Assembly (NCBI RefSeq): GCF_963853765.1
Contig: NC_088861.1
Location: 21,548,281-21,612,280, forward strand
Length of the DNA stretch: 64,000 nucleotides
Direction: 5' to 3'
Origin: Magallana gigas
Taxonomy: Eukaryota
Position 1 is the first letter of the stretch. Every line of letters starts with the position of its first letter. Positions 1 through 11,401 of the stretch are shown here, in pieces. The notes beneath the pieces are model-generated. The model saw nothing but the letters and a program-made list of their open reading frames with translations, was not told where the DNA came from and did no database searches. The position numbers and the translations under genes are program-made.

Positions 1-277
1 TCACATCATAAGGTGCAAATGATGTATATTGTACATACCGGGGTGTATAATTTAATCTGAGTTTGTCTGACAAATGTCTTACATTTAGTGCATGTACAAT
101 GCATATTTTTGATTGTGAATGCAGATCAATACTTCCTATTATAAATAATTTTTAAGTATTTATAATGCATATTGCTCCAAATAATCTCCCTATTTGCTTT
201 TATTTTTATGGCAGATTGTTAGTAATTTGAACATTATTGTATTTTTTAATCATATACGAATGGTTTACACATTTTTT

Positions 278-299
278 GGGGGAGGGGGGGGGGGGGGGT
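278..299. repeat. Poly-G homopolymer tract, one of at least six G runs of 13 or more
   Basis: Other runs at 3557-3571, 3910-3924, 6783-6802, 25057-25069 and 29776-29788, in an otherwise AT-rich sequence. Confidence 0.9.
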
Positions 300-336
300 G
301 AATTAGAATGGGGAAATATTTTACAATGTGTCTGCA

Positions 337-1331
337 GTGGCGTAGCTACCTTTTAATTTACTGTATTCAAAAAAAGGTAGGGAGTCTGGGGGCCGCCTGA
401 GGCCTCCAGCGGGTCCAAGGCAGAGCCTTGGTGGGGGCCTGGGGGGCGTAGCCCCCGAAAGCTCCTGGATTTTTTGTTATTTGAATGACAAAACAGCCTT
501 AAAAATATGACATTTTTAAGTATTATGATTCCAATAAATATGAACAAAAGTTGCTGAATTCCGAGACAAACATTATTTACCTGGTACTCTTGGATTTTAG
601 GTTTTAGCTTTTAGATTTACAGGCTTTTGATAATGAGATTTTGTCTCAAAATGTTACAATTTTACATACTGTATGTGTAAAGGAAATGTTGAATTTTAAA
701 AGAATGTGTAATTATATATGAAACACTGATACCCTAGCGGAAACCAACTCCATATGACTAAAGATAATAGGCGTTTTGAAACAGATTTATTATTCAATCC
801 GTAACTTGCTTACCTAAATGACAAATTTTTGATCAAGTTTATCACAATGTATTGTGACTTTGTCAAAATTTTAATCACCCGACGGCCGACTTTAAATTAC
901 ATGTAAGTATAGACTGACATAATACAATTACGGACAAACACTCAAAACTTGATGTGTTTTCAGATTTTAGTATGAAAATTCAAACTTGAAAGGATTTAAA
1001 AGTTGTTCATCTCATTTTAATAAGTTTATTGTAGATCATTCTTTAAGCAACATGAAAGTCAAAGGTATAGCTCGTCCATATTAATTTATGATTCAAACAA
1101 ACTTCCAATTAATTTTAATGTAAAGTATGGAATGACGGTATTTTCCGGAATCGTAGTAATTGCATGGTTTACGATGAGAACTGAATACTAAATATGCAGA
1201 TTATAATGCAGTGGAGTCTCAATACGATTTGTTTACGTGCAAACAATAGGAAACTCAAATCATAAGACCTATGCTTTGCAAAATTTTGTGTATTCATTTG
1301 CGTTTTTGCGTAAAGGGCGCTACGCCACTGG
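337..1331. mobile_element. Candidate about 1-kb TIR element (12-bp TIR CAGTGGCGTAGC, 5-bp target duplication GTCTG)
   Basis: Left side gtctg|cagtggcgtagc, right side gctacgccactg|gtctg. A GC-rich segment lies inside at 380-470. Only short TIRs support this. Confidence 0.3.
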
Positions 1332-1389
1332 TCTGTCATATATAGAGTGTAATTTCTATTTTTAGACATATGTACACGTGTTGTCTATA

Positions 1390-1445
1390 GGGAGAGCTTC
1401 GCTCTCACGGGCCCGAAGGGCCCGTGAGAGGGCTTCGCCCTCTAT
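1390..1445. repeat. Cluster of three consecutive GNA-triloop hairpins
   Basis: gagagc-TTC-gctctc, acgggccc-GAA-gggcccgt and agagggc-TTC-gccctct. An alternative 13-bp stem ctctcacgggccc/gggcccgtgagag is also possible. Confidence 0.7.
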
Positions 1446-1576
1446 AAAAACAATAACGATGTTACGACATACAGTCAGTGCTACCTCTAAAGTTCACGTC
1501 AGTACACGCTCAATCAAAAATAATCGAGTGACGTCACAAAGGTTTACACATTGATCTGATTAGATGTTTTCGGCGT

Positions 1577-1680
1577 TAGTCTCGTTCAACCAGACGCTCA
1601 GCTGTCTCCGTAAATCTCCGACAACAGAGCTGCTCGTCGGAAATTTACGGAGACAGCCGAGCGTCTGGTTGAACGAGACT
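1577..1680. mobile_element. Foldback MITE (about 100 bp hairpin element), copy 1
   Basis: Near-perfect inverted arms TAGTCTCGTTCAACCAGACGCTC.GCTGTCTCCGTAAATCTCCGAC...GTCGGAAATTTACGGAGACAGCCGAGCGTCTGGTTGAACGAGACT. No clear target duplication at this copy. Confidence 0.7.
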
Positions 1681-1942
1681 TGTAAAAAATCAGCTCAAAT
1701 AACGTTACGTCCGCCATGTTGCCGTTTAAATTTTGACGCTTGCCCTGTAAAGAAATTTATGAGGCAACCACGTGACGCGATTCATCCAATGACGTCGAGA
1801 CATTCTAGTCCGAGGCAAAACAACAGGTTTTGTGCATGTAAAAGATGAAAAAAAGTCTTAATACATTGCATAATGGCGCGAAAACTATCTGCAATATGCA
1901 AATTGTAAACCCCGAAAACTAAAAAAGGAATTAGGTAATAAA

Positions 1943-2096
1943 ACAATTATTTAATGCTTGAACAGTCAATAGACCAGAATTTTCCCCTTGGTGCAGGGAA
2001 CAGCCTTTGGCCTCGGGCAATAGATCATACTGAGCTGTTCTCTGCACCTCGGGAAAAATATTCTGGTCTATTGACTGCTCAAGCATTAAATAATTG
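1943..2096. mobile_element. Small foldback MITE with about 36-bp arms
   Basis: Left arm aattatttaatgcttgaacagtcaatagaccagaat, right arm attctggtctattgactgctcaagcattaaataattg. Confidence 0.45.
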
Positions 2097-2394
2097 TATA
2101 ATATTTCATTTGAAACAGCGTCACAAAATTGGGTCAGACTTTTCATTCACGATGAGATGTTTCACACGGTAAACTTTCACTTCATTTTACTACAATCACA
2201 TTCAGAATGCCTCTTGTGTTAAAAAAATCAACAACAAAACAAAAACAGAAAACAAACACATGAATATTTATTGACATCGGATTTTATCCAGTATGTACAC
2301 GCTCAGTTGTGTGAAAAAATGACAGTGTGTCAGAAATAGTGATTTCCCCAAATGCTTCGAGTACAGCCATTTTAAAGTCTTACTCTGTACCGGT

Positions 2395-3160
2395 CATTTT
2401 TAAGCAAAGTTTTCACTTTCCGAAAACATTGTTCTGCTGGGTTTAGATCCGGGGAATAAGTTGGTAGGAACAAGTATTCTGCTCCAATTGTGGGAAGCCA
2501 GTTCATTCAAATCCTCTCAGCGGCATGGTGGTGTATACATGTAGGGGCATTATCTACCACTAGCACGTCACCCACATGGATAGCCCTCTCCCCATCGTCT
2601 GTGAAGCTATTTGCCGCTTCACCCACAAAATCAACGTATTTGGTGGTGTCTGATGGCCCATCAAGAATATTAACATATTTAACACCCGTAATGCTTACTA
2701 ACAAGTTAACTGTATAATTAGAAGTTCTGCTGTATCGGGTCATTTCTACGCACTTTGAACCCTTACAGAATGACCGTAAGTTGGTTGCCCGTCCGCAAGT
2801 CTTATTCCCATTTCGTCCATGAATTCAGCCTGAAGGGATCTTTGTTAAAAACATAATTGAAATACTGATGCTTGTAATTGTGTTGGAATGTTTGAGCAAT
2901 TCATCTCGAATTGTTTGAAGCTGAATAGAAGGTATTTCGTTTTTTAATGCCTTGATAATTCACGATCTTCATTTCCAATTTTCCAATCTTTTGTGTTCAT
3001 TGGTTTACGAGGAGAAATGGAAAAGTTTTCTTTATATTTCGCCCAGAGATTTGAAACAGTCGATTTTGAAATTTTATACTTTTTTGCCAAATTTGCGCCT
3101 AAACCACGAGGACATTTGAGATCCCCCACTGAAGCACCGCCATTAATCAAGTCGCATTTC
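2395..3160 (-). pseudogene. Tc1/mariner-family transposase pseudogene (frameshifted)
   Basis: Minus-strand ORF 2944..3150 has a helix-turn-helix-like N-terminus (GLGANLAKKYKISKSTVSNLWAKYKE). ORF 2507..2743 has ...VVDNAPTCIHHHA, the DNAP.H box. A third frame gives PTYSPDLNPAEQCFRKVKTLLK, the SPDLNP.E box. A possible TIR start CAGTGTGTCAGAAATAG lies at 2326. Confidence 0.65.
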
Positions 3161-4271
3161 TCATGTCTCTAAAAAGAGATTTTCCATTAATATTCAATCT
3201 CCATTGTTTGCTTAAGGAATCTATTTAAAAATAAACTGTACATGCAGATCTGAAAGAAGAAAAAAATATATTTAAAAAGACGATAAAATTATGTTTTTAT
3301 ATACATGTATATCTATCTTCTTTTCAAATAAAATGCTAGCCTTATACTACGTCAATTTAAAAAATATATCTATTTTTTTAACTGACACCAATCTACGCAC
3401 TACATCATTATAATTTATAATTAATATAATCTAAGAGATCTATAGACTACATGTATACGTAAAGCATTTATGGATCTATGTACAATATATTAAAAACTTC
3501 ATTTGCTCTGTGGTTTAGACTAACCGAATTTTTTTTTCTAAGATAATACACGATTTGGGGGGGGGGGGGGGCAACTACCCTCAAATTTTTTTTATCAACT
3601 TAAGATATCTATTTGATTAAACATAAAGAAACAAATATCCATTAGCAAAAACAGAATAATAGAGTTGATAAACTGATAAAAAAAATCCCAAATTGAAATT
3701 CGTAACAATGGATTCTTCTATCAAACGATTCTTAGGGTACCTAATTTGCCTGATAGGGGGTATGAGTGTCCCTCTTCCATTTAATTAATATATCCTGACA
3801 TAGGTCTAAATTAAATCATTGATCAAACATCATAAATATCATTCGTGATTAGACCATGTTGGCGATCTGTGCGGAACCAAAGCGAATCAGTGCTAGTTTT
3901 TTGGTTTTCGGGGGGGGGGGGGGGTGGACGGAATGACAACAAAATTTTCTGGCTTTTATTTCATTATGAAAATTAGGATTAGATCAAATAGTTGTATATT
4001 TTCATGATTCATCTCATACCCCAAAATAATATTTTACAGAATCAATATAGATCCATCTCTAAACAGTATGTACATAAAGTAAATTAATTAACTGTACATA
4101 CGATGCAAAACACATTTATGTACTCACGTCTAGCTCTCACTGGAAATCTACATGTATTTTTGCTCGTGTATATATCAAGAGAAATTTGATTGGTTGGTGA
4201 TATCAAGCGCGTAACTTCAACGAACTTTTAGCGCGCAAAACATTTCGATCGGTCCTGGAGATCAGTCAAGA

Positions 4272-5477
4272 TTGAAAATGTCGTCATCAAAAATTGTGTC
4301 CGATGATTACCGAGAGATTGATTTTAAGATACATTACGACTATTACGGAGAAAAAAGATGCACCATGATTGGAGTTTCATTGCGTGAACTACTATCCCTT
4401 GGGTATGTTAATTGGCCTGGAAGGACTTATTCAGTCACAGATAAGATACCTGGGACGGATGCCGGTCTTGCGCATCATGTACAAGGATGATGAAAATGAC
4501 TTTATTGATATGATGGAAACCAATTTCAAGAAATTCATTCGACAAGTAAGATCAATTCAGATTTGTGATCGCGCTGTTGTTAATCTTAAAGTAACTGAGG
4601 GTTCTTCGCCAGCCGGAAACAAAGTTGGAATATCGGACGACAGGTCTAAATCTAAGTGCGTAAATGTTGAGCAAGATCCGGGACCGCAAGCGAGAAAAGG
4701 CTTGGATTTCCCAACATTGTCACAAGATTCTGAAGCAAGTATGTTTGACTTCTTCGAATATAAATCCCCCCTTGATTATTCCCTTCAATACATTGAGGAG
4801 GAAATGAACCAGTTGGGGGTACAAGTCCAGTCTGCCAAGGAGCGCCTGACAGAACTCACGGATAGGTATTGTGCAGTTGTTCAGGGCCGATGGAAACAGT
4901 GCTCGAACTGTCATTTGCGACTGGATCACAATATTCGACAATGTCGAATCGACAAATGCGTTACCTCTGAACAATGTTGAGATTTGAACAATTAAACATC
5001 CCGATCAAAAATTGATTGTGGATTCCGCTGCCGATACTCTAAAAAAGCTTGAACGTGCATGAATTGTCACATAAAAGAGACGAATATGAAATGAGACTAA
5101 AAGCGAAAAACAGTGCATCCCAGTCCTTTTTACAAAGAGTAAGAACACACCTCATAAATGGCAACAAAAATAAATATCTTATACCAACGGCAGAATGGGT
5201 GATTCCTAAATCGGCTGCAGTTAACGTTGATTTAGCGAAGCTTGAGAAGCATTTTAAAGGAAAAGTCCCCGCGGAGTTGGAAATAGTATCCACCCTATTC
5301 GAAAACATTATAGCAGGATACGACAAAGCCAACGCCCCCCAATCTCCCATAGCGAGTACTTCAACAAATCCAGCGGGGAGACTACTGGAATACAACTCGC
5401 TAATGGCAGTGAAATTCCCGCGATTATCTGGTAAGACACTTAATTTAGATCTTTGTAAAATTTACGTTTGCTGTTTG
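4272..5477 (+). CDS. PB1-domain protein-like coding region split over three frame-linked segments
   Basis: 4272..4490 (IDFKIHYDYYGEKRCTMIGVSLRELLSLG) and 4369..4980 (LGRMPVLRIMYKDDENDFIDMMETNFKKF) together form a PB1 fold signature, then a coiled-coil segment and a C/H-rich tail. ORF 5049..5570 returns to the first frame. This implies short introns or frameshifts. The ORF runs into an (AG)n microsatellite. Confidence 0.35.

Positions 5478-5479
<2 letters not shown>

Positions 5480-5534
<55 letters not shown>
5480..5534. repeat. (AG)n microsatellite, about 27 units
   Basis: Uninterrupted gagaga run. Confidence 0.95.
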
Positions 5535-5537
<3 letters not shown>

Positions 5538-6589
5538 TTTATAGCTCCTGGTCTGACAAAATTCGGATGAACAACCTGGGCGCTCGCCTCTGACAGTTTC
5601 TTATGTGTTAAAAACTTGCAATTTAATATGGCGCACAAAAATTTGGTATAATTATGTGATTAATCTTATTTTCGTACACATTCCGTGTATTAATTCGTTT
5701 CAAAATTGTAATAAATTGTAATAAATTGTAGTAAATTGTTTGAAGAATTTAATGATGCTATTTTGTTTTCACAGAATTCGCGTAAAAATAAGGTAAATCA
5801 TAGAAAGTTTATGTGCTCCGTAAATTATAAGTTTTTAACACGTAAAAACTACCTCCTAGGTCATGCATCCTATTTTTTCAGACTGGGTGCTACAGACCTG
5901 CAGCTAGATCAAAATCAAACCAGTCAGAACCGGTTATTAAATACAGCAATCAGTCAATTTTTTTTTATTAAATCAACGGTCTGGCAATTCTCTAATTTAT
6001 TTTTTCGCTAAATCAACACAGGAATCTACACTTCTTATTTACTAACGCCTATGAAAGATCTCAGTCGTATAAATTTACTAAAGACTTGTTTTTTTTTAAT
6101 TTTAGAATCTCCACAGTGCCTTCCACCGAAGAAAAGATAAATTATGATCTAAATACGGGAGTCTGTACCTTTTCCGAGTTTATTTTGTTTTGTTTTGTAT
6201 TTTCCAAGTAGAAATGAATGTGGAATAAAATTTTGATTACTTAAAAAAGCGTTGAAGGTTTCGTCAGTTTATGAATATTGAGTAGCTAGTTCTATCAGCG
6301 ATGTCAGTATTTGACAGCTTGTTTTGCTGCGCAAACAAGATAGTCACCTCCTACCGAAAACCCAAGCTCGTGTTATAATGGTTCTAATTGTAAAACAAAA
6401 AATTGTTTAAGCTGTCTCCTAAAAGACTTAAAAGAAAAGGGATCTCTTATTTTAAACCAAAGACAAATTCAATTGCAAATTTCGATGAAATCTACATTTA
6501 AAAGCACTGAGCTCTATTTTCAATGCTGTCATTCCTATTAACCCTATAATACCGGTATCTATTTTATACAACAAATCTGTTTTGTTGAG

Positions 6590-6860
6590 ATATTTAAATG
6601 ATTGTCGTCGATTAAACATCCTGCATGACAGGTACAGCTGCCTGATTGATGACCGTCGGTGCCTGGTAAGATACCAATACCCACTGCGTGTACATACATA
6701 TTTTTTTTTCATGAAAGCATGGCATTTCGAACGAATGCATCTCTACAGGCTAGCGCAAACATCGTATTTTGAAAGAGTGTGCGGGGGGGGGGGGGGGGGG
6801 GGTTAGAAGAGCAGGCCGACCAACCGAAAATCAAGACGAAAAACAATAAACTAAAACAAT
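6590..6860 (+). repeat. SINE-like repeat family E, copy 1, with a T-arm-like hairpin and an expanded poly-G
   Basis: Homologous to 63440-63640. Contains gcatt-tcgaacg-aatgc, a tRNA T-arm-like stem-loop. The 20-nt G run here corresponds to gagagggggagc in the other copy. Confidence 0.45.
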
Positions 6861-7682
6861 CATTTCACACATTTTCTATCTGAAAACCCTCAGCGGAACC
6901 CTCTGTATATGATCTGTTACCTAGACAAATTGTGAAAAATTACCAACCACAATATATTTTATTTCACAATATTAGGAACTTTGGAATTTGATAAATTGCA
7001 AACATAGCGAAATTTCACCTTTGTAAAAAAGTATTCAGTAAGTTTGTTGGTAAAATCGCCAAAACTTTCTTCTTTTTTTTTTATATCGTAACAAATACAT
7101 GTAATAATTAAGCAATATATATATAGTGCCTGTTTGGGAGGATAACAGTGGAAATTGACACCCTGAGAAAACCATTGTCAACCGACGCGGATTACTACCA
7201 GGTAATGTCTCTGATTGTACCTTTTGCAAAACCAATATTTACGATGCTCTTTAATCTGGATAGAGCTATGCAAAGTTCCCACCAAGGCTTTTAAAGATGA
7301 CAATATGTATTTCTTCTATAACAATACACAATATAATTATATACACACCTTATAAGTTGAGGCTATATATATTTGTTGCATGTTACAGGTGCTGCGGTTC
7401 ATTGACCATCAACTCCCAGAAAGCATTGCTTTGGAGGGATTTATTGCAGATTTTGAAGTAGCCCTGTGGAAGGCCTTAAAGGACCGGTTCCCTGGAACAC
7501 CCATCCAAGGCTGTGTGTTCCACTGGACACAGGTGGTGTTAGGAAAGTCCAGGAGCACGGACTTCAGGTAAATGTAAATTCTAATGCACTTGAATGCAAT
7601 ATTTCCTACTGGTAAAACTTAGTTAATAATTCAGTATTTATCAACATAAATTAAACGTTATATTGTTTGATTTCTATACATC

Positions 7683-8313
7683 AATAATCAAAGTACTGAA
7701 GTACTGACGGGAGTTGATTTTATCGATGATCATTTATTTTAAAATCAGCTTATCTTGCATGACAATTAGTTTCTAGTCTGTATTTGAATTACACAGTTTT
7801 TTATTAAATGAATTTTAGACTTTTCTGACAAGAATTTCGAGAAACCTCATATGAATCATGTGCAATATTTAAAGATAGATTTCAAACTATGTATAAGTAA
7901 TTAAAGCAATTCTAAAAATGTTAGGGATCCAAGCACTATTGATATCGAACTCTAGTCGCGTTCAACCAGACTCTCGGCTGTCTCCGTTAATCTCCGACAA
8001 GCAAGAGAGCCTTTCTGCTTCTCGTAGATTTACGGAGACAGCCGAGCGTTTGGTTTAACGAGGCTATATTTAACTCTGGCGTAGGAATACACGAGACTAT
8101 AAAAATATCTTAGTTTTTCGTATTATATAAAATCTGACTTTTTTCAAAGTGTTTTATTGATAAGTTTCCTTAAAAAACAATGGTTCAGCATACATTACTT
8201 TGAACTTTTCTATTATTTTCAAGAACTAAGTCTTGTGCTTATAGGTCCAGACACTGTTTCACTTTCGGTTTGCCAGAGTAACTGCATAGGAGAGTTGATT
8301 AAAATCAACTCCC
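7683..8313 (+). repeat. Dispersed repeat family A, copy 1 (carries foldback MITE copy 2)
   Basis: Homologous to 50927-52043 across both sides of the foldback element. Possible short TIR GGGAGTTGATTTTA. Confidence 0.6.
7953..8066. mobile_element. Foldback MITE, copy 2 (inside repeat family A, within the MULE-remnant intron)
   Basis: Same arms with a few substitutions. Flanked by tatcgaactc and tatttaactc, an 8/10 target duplication. Confidence 0.75.
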
Positions 8314-9137
8314 AATAAAAAATCAGTATTTCTTTGCAAAATGAAAATATACTGAGACAAATTTGTTATCAGCACAAATAGCATTTATTAGGTTTAATAT
8401 GTAAGCAATTGGTTTTTACCAATTTGGTATGGCAATGCTGTTGTCCATGAATGAATTAAATGGTACTAGTATTTTTATTCAAGGTACAAATACTCATACA
8501 TGTTTATTTCTTACAGACTGCCTATAACAAGAAGCACTCAGTCTACAAGTTCGTGCGCCAACTCCTGGCCCTGCCATTCGATCCTCCCACCTGAGCACAT
8601 TGAGGAGACCTTCCTACGTCTGGATGGTCGTGCACCAGAGGTTCTTGCTCCAGTGATGGACTTTGTTTACAGGACGTGGATCCGTTCTTCAGTCTTCAAG
8701 ATCGATCACTGGAGTGTGTTCATGACTTCCATCCGGATGAACAATGATGTGGAGGGATAGCACAACCGCCTAAACACCAGTGTTGCCACCAGGGGATTGG
8801 TTCCCTTCTACCATCTTCTTCTTGTTCTGCACAGGGAAGCGACCAACATCACAGTGCAGATGAAGATGGTGTCTGAAGGGAAGATGCAGAGATTCCAAAG
8901 GTAGAGGACCTTACAGGTGGAAGGTCATGTCTTCAAGCTCTGGAACGACTACTGTGAAAGATCGATCAGCACGAGTGAACTGTTAAAGGGCCGTGCTGCC
9001 ATTTATGGACCACCAACTTTGAACATGTGATTCATATTGATATCGTGACACTTGTGTCCCCCTTCGTAAATTGTGCATCTTGTAATGTAAAAATAAGTAT
9101 GTTTGTTATTTGTTATTTATTTATTTATTAAGTATGT

Positions 9138-9357
9138 TTGCAAGGTAGGAAGGCATTATTTGTATTGAAAAAAAATATTAGAAACATGTTTCTTAATCAT
9201 AATACTTTGCTATCATTGTTTGATTGCTTTGTTGGCAGTGTCATTAACTATGCTTCTGAGGTATGGGGTTCATTCAAAGCACCTAATATATTGAGAAACT
9301 TCATCTTGATTTTTGTAAACATATCTTGGGAGTTAAAAGGTCAACTTGAATAAGGAC
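9138..9357 (+). pseudogene. 3' fragment of a non-LTR retrotransposon (LINE, CR1/L2/RTE-like) ORF2 tail
   Basis: LLSLFDCFVGSVINYASEVWG matches the conserved post-RT motif L.LYK.LVRP.LEY...VW. A second frame gives IEKLHLDFCKHILGVKRST, matching LEK(V/I)Q..F.K.ILGV. Confidence 0.45.
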
Positions 9358-11275
9358 GCTGTCCTCTGCTGTACCAAAGAATGTTCAATATAGTTAAGTT
9401 CTGGTAAAAAAAAATACTGTACCATAATAATTGTATTATTCAACATTGCTACTAAACACTTTATGACTGAGTCGAAAAACATAATGCAAAAAACTGGTTG
9501 TATCATGTTAAAGATTTTTTTGCCTATGTTTAAAATTCATAATGAATAAAAAGGTGGATGTAGCTAAGAATATAATAATCGTTGTTGTTCTTGAAAGGAT
9601 TTTAATGAATTAAATTTAATTTAGACAAAATTACAAAATGAGTAAATAATTGAATACAACTACAAGCAATTTAGTTCACACAGTATCAATAATTTCAGTG
9701 GCAAGTGAAAAAGTTGCTCCTTAATGGTAAACAAAATGTAGTAAACATACTACAATGCAAGAAATTAAGGTATATCACTCCTCATGTTTTGATTTCATTG
9801 CGCAGATGTTCATTATATTTTAAATGAATATGATTTTATTAATTTAAACCTCACAAAAAGATCATCATTTCATAATTACACAACATTCGTAAAGAAAATC
9901 CATTTGAATTCAAGAAACGAACAAGTTTTGGGGGGAACTATTTTCTCGTGCGGAAGGTTTTTAAGTCGAAAATGACAGAAACAAGCAATTTTATGAATTT
10001 TCAATATACTTTTCTTTTTATAATACTTTATTCACTATTCTCATTTTTAACATTTGATAGGTTTGTGACATGTTCTATAGGTTCTCTATGACTTGTACTA
10101 AACTAAATTTTGAGAGAGTGGTAGACGTTTAGCATAAAATCATGCAAATATATAGAAAATGTCTAAATTTTTTGAAGCCAAATTTTGCAATAATTTTACC
10201 TTTGAAGCCATGTATCTAAAATTTGAAATCACTGACCCCCATGTTTTATTATGTCAAAATGATACTGAATACATATGTAGGCAAACTGGATTAATCTTCT
10301 AAAATTCTTGATATTCAAAACTATTATAAAAATTGTCTATTTTAAGTGCAAAAAGGTCATACAAACATTTATGCAGTTCATGCAATTTTTTTTTTTCGTA
10401 ATCCCTCTATTCAGTGTGACCATTGTACATAATTAAAAGCAACATTTAAAAAAAAAGAGTTTGCTTAATCGAAAATTCTGAAACAAATCCTAATCAGGCT
10501 GAAATCGCATTTTAGGTGCAAAAAGGTCAAATTTATTTGACCATAACTCAGAGGGATGAACACTGACCTCCCATTATCTTTGTATTATTTAAGTGTGTTT
10601 TGTCTACAGATTTCAATAGAATACTTCTCAAGAAGTTCTTGATACAAGAAGATTGAGGAGTGGGATACCTTAAGAACATGATAAGAAAATAATTTAAAAA
10701 CCACAAACTAATCATTTCTGATATTCAATCCGTCTCCTTTAATTATTTCTGCCTATAGTAATTATTGTAAGTATTTTTACTACATTTAGCAATAATATGG
10801 TTATATGGATTAATTGTCTCAATTCATCTTTTAACTAGGCCTATTTTCTCCGTAATTAGCTGGGGGAGCGCCTCTGATATGCTCATTGATGAATGTGAAG
10901 ATCATCTCGCCAAGATGAAACTAGACTGGACCGATAACAACCAAATGTGCAAATGTTCATAAAATTTTCATAGAAAGATAAATTCTTACATAAATTATAT
11001 CAATTCATTCAATTCAAAATATATGTTAAGCCAGTAGCTAGTGAATTATTTCGTCGTAAGTAATAAGTTACATTGAAAAACTCACCTTTCTTCATAAACA
11101 GACATTTCCATGATAAAGGTGCAGTCGTACATTGTGTAACAAATTCAATTTTTTCAAAAATGTGTGTCTAGAATGAGAAACAAAGAGATAAATGAATAAT
11201 ATACAAATGCCGAATTCACCAGATGCCGAGTTAACCGGCTGCCGAGTTCACTATTCTCGGTGCCGAGTTCACCAG

Positions 11276-11376
11276 TAGTCTCGTTCAACCAGACGCTCGG
11301 CTGTCTCCGTAAATCTCCGACTCTCTGCTCGTCGGAGTTTTACGGAGACAGCCGAGCGTCTGGTTGAACGAGACTA
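11276..11376. mobile_element. Foldback MITE, copy 3, with a perfect 10-bp target duplication
   Basis: Element TAGTCTCG...CGAGACTA is flanked on both sides by AGTTCACCAG (11266-11275 and 11377-11386). Confidence 0.85.
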
Positions 11377-11401
11377 AGTTCACCAGGTGCCGGGTTAACC
11401 C

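Larger units (their letters stand above)
7143..8905 (+). pseudogene. Mutator-like (MULE) transposase-derived gene remnant with an in-frame stop
   Basis: Exon-like block 7389..7567 encodes FIADFEVALWKALKDRFPGTPIQGCVFHWTQ, the MULE D..al..ai...FP...h..C.fH motif. It joins in frame, with GT donor and polypyrimidine-AG acceptor, to 8517..8760, which encodes ...WSVFMTSIRMNNDVEG*HNRLN. That is the MULE TNN..E(S/G)WHN..LN signature, with TAG where W is expected. The segment between them carries repeat family A and a foldback MITE. Confidence 0.55.

Noticed and set aside
1564-1848. 94-aa ORF 1564..1848 (+)
   Set aside because: It spans the arms of the foldback MITE (1577-1680) and a CpG-rich non-coding stretch, is low complexity (MFSALVSFNQT...) and has no recognisable domain.
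7568-8516. Treating 7568-8516 as a genuine intron of a functional MULE-derived host gene
   Set aside because: The GT/AG signals are good, but the downstream exon has TAG in place of the conserved W of the MULE TNN..E.WHN motif and the interval is filled by transposon insertions. A decayed transposase remnant is more likely.
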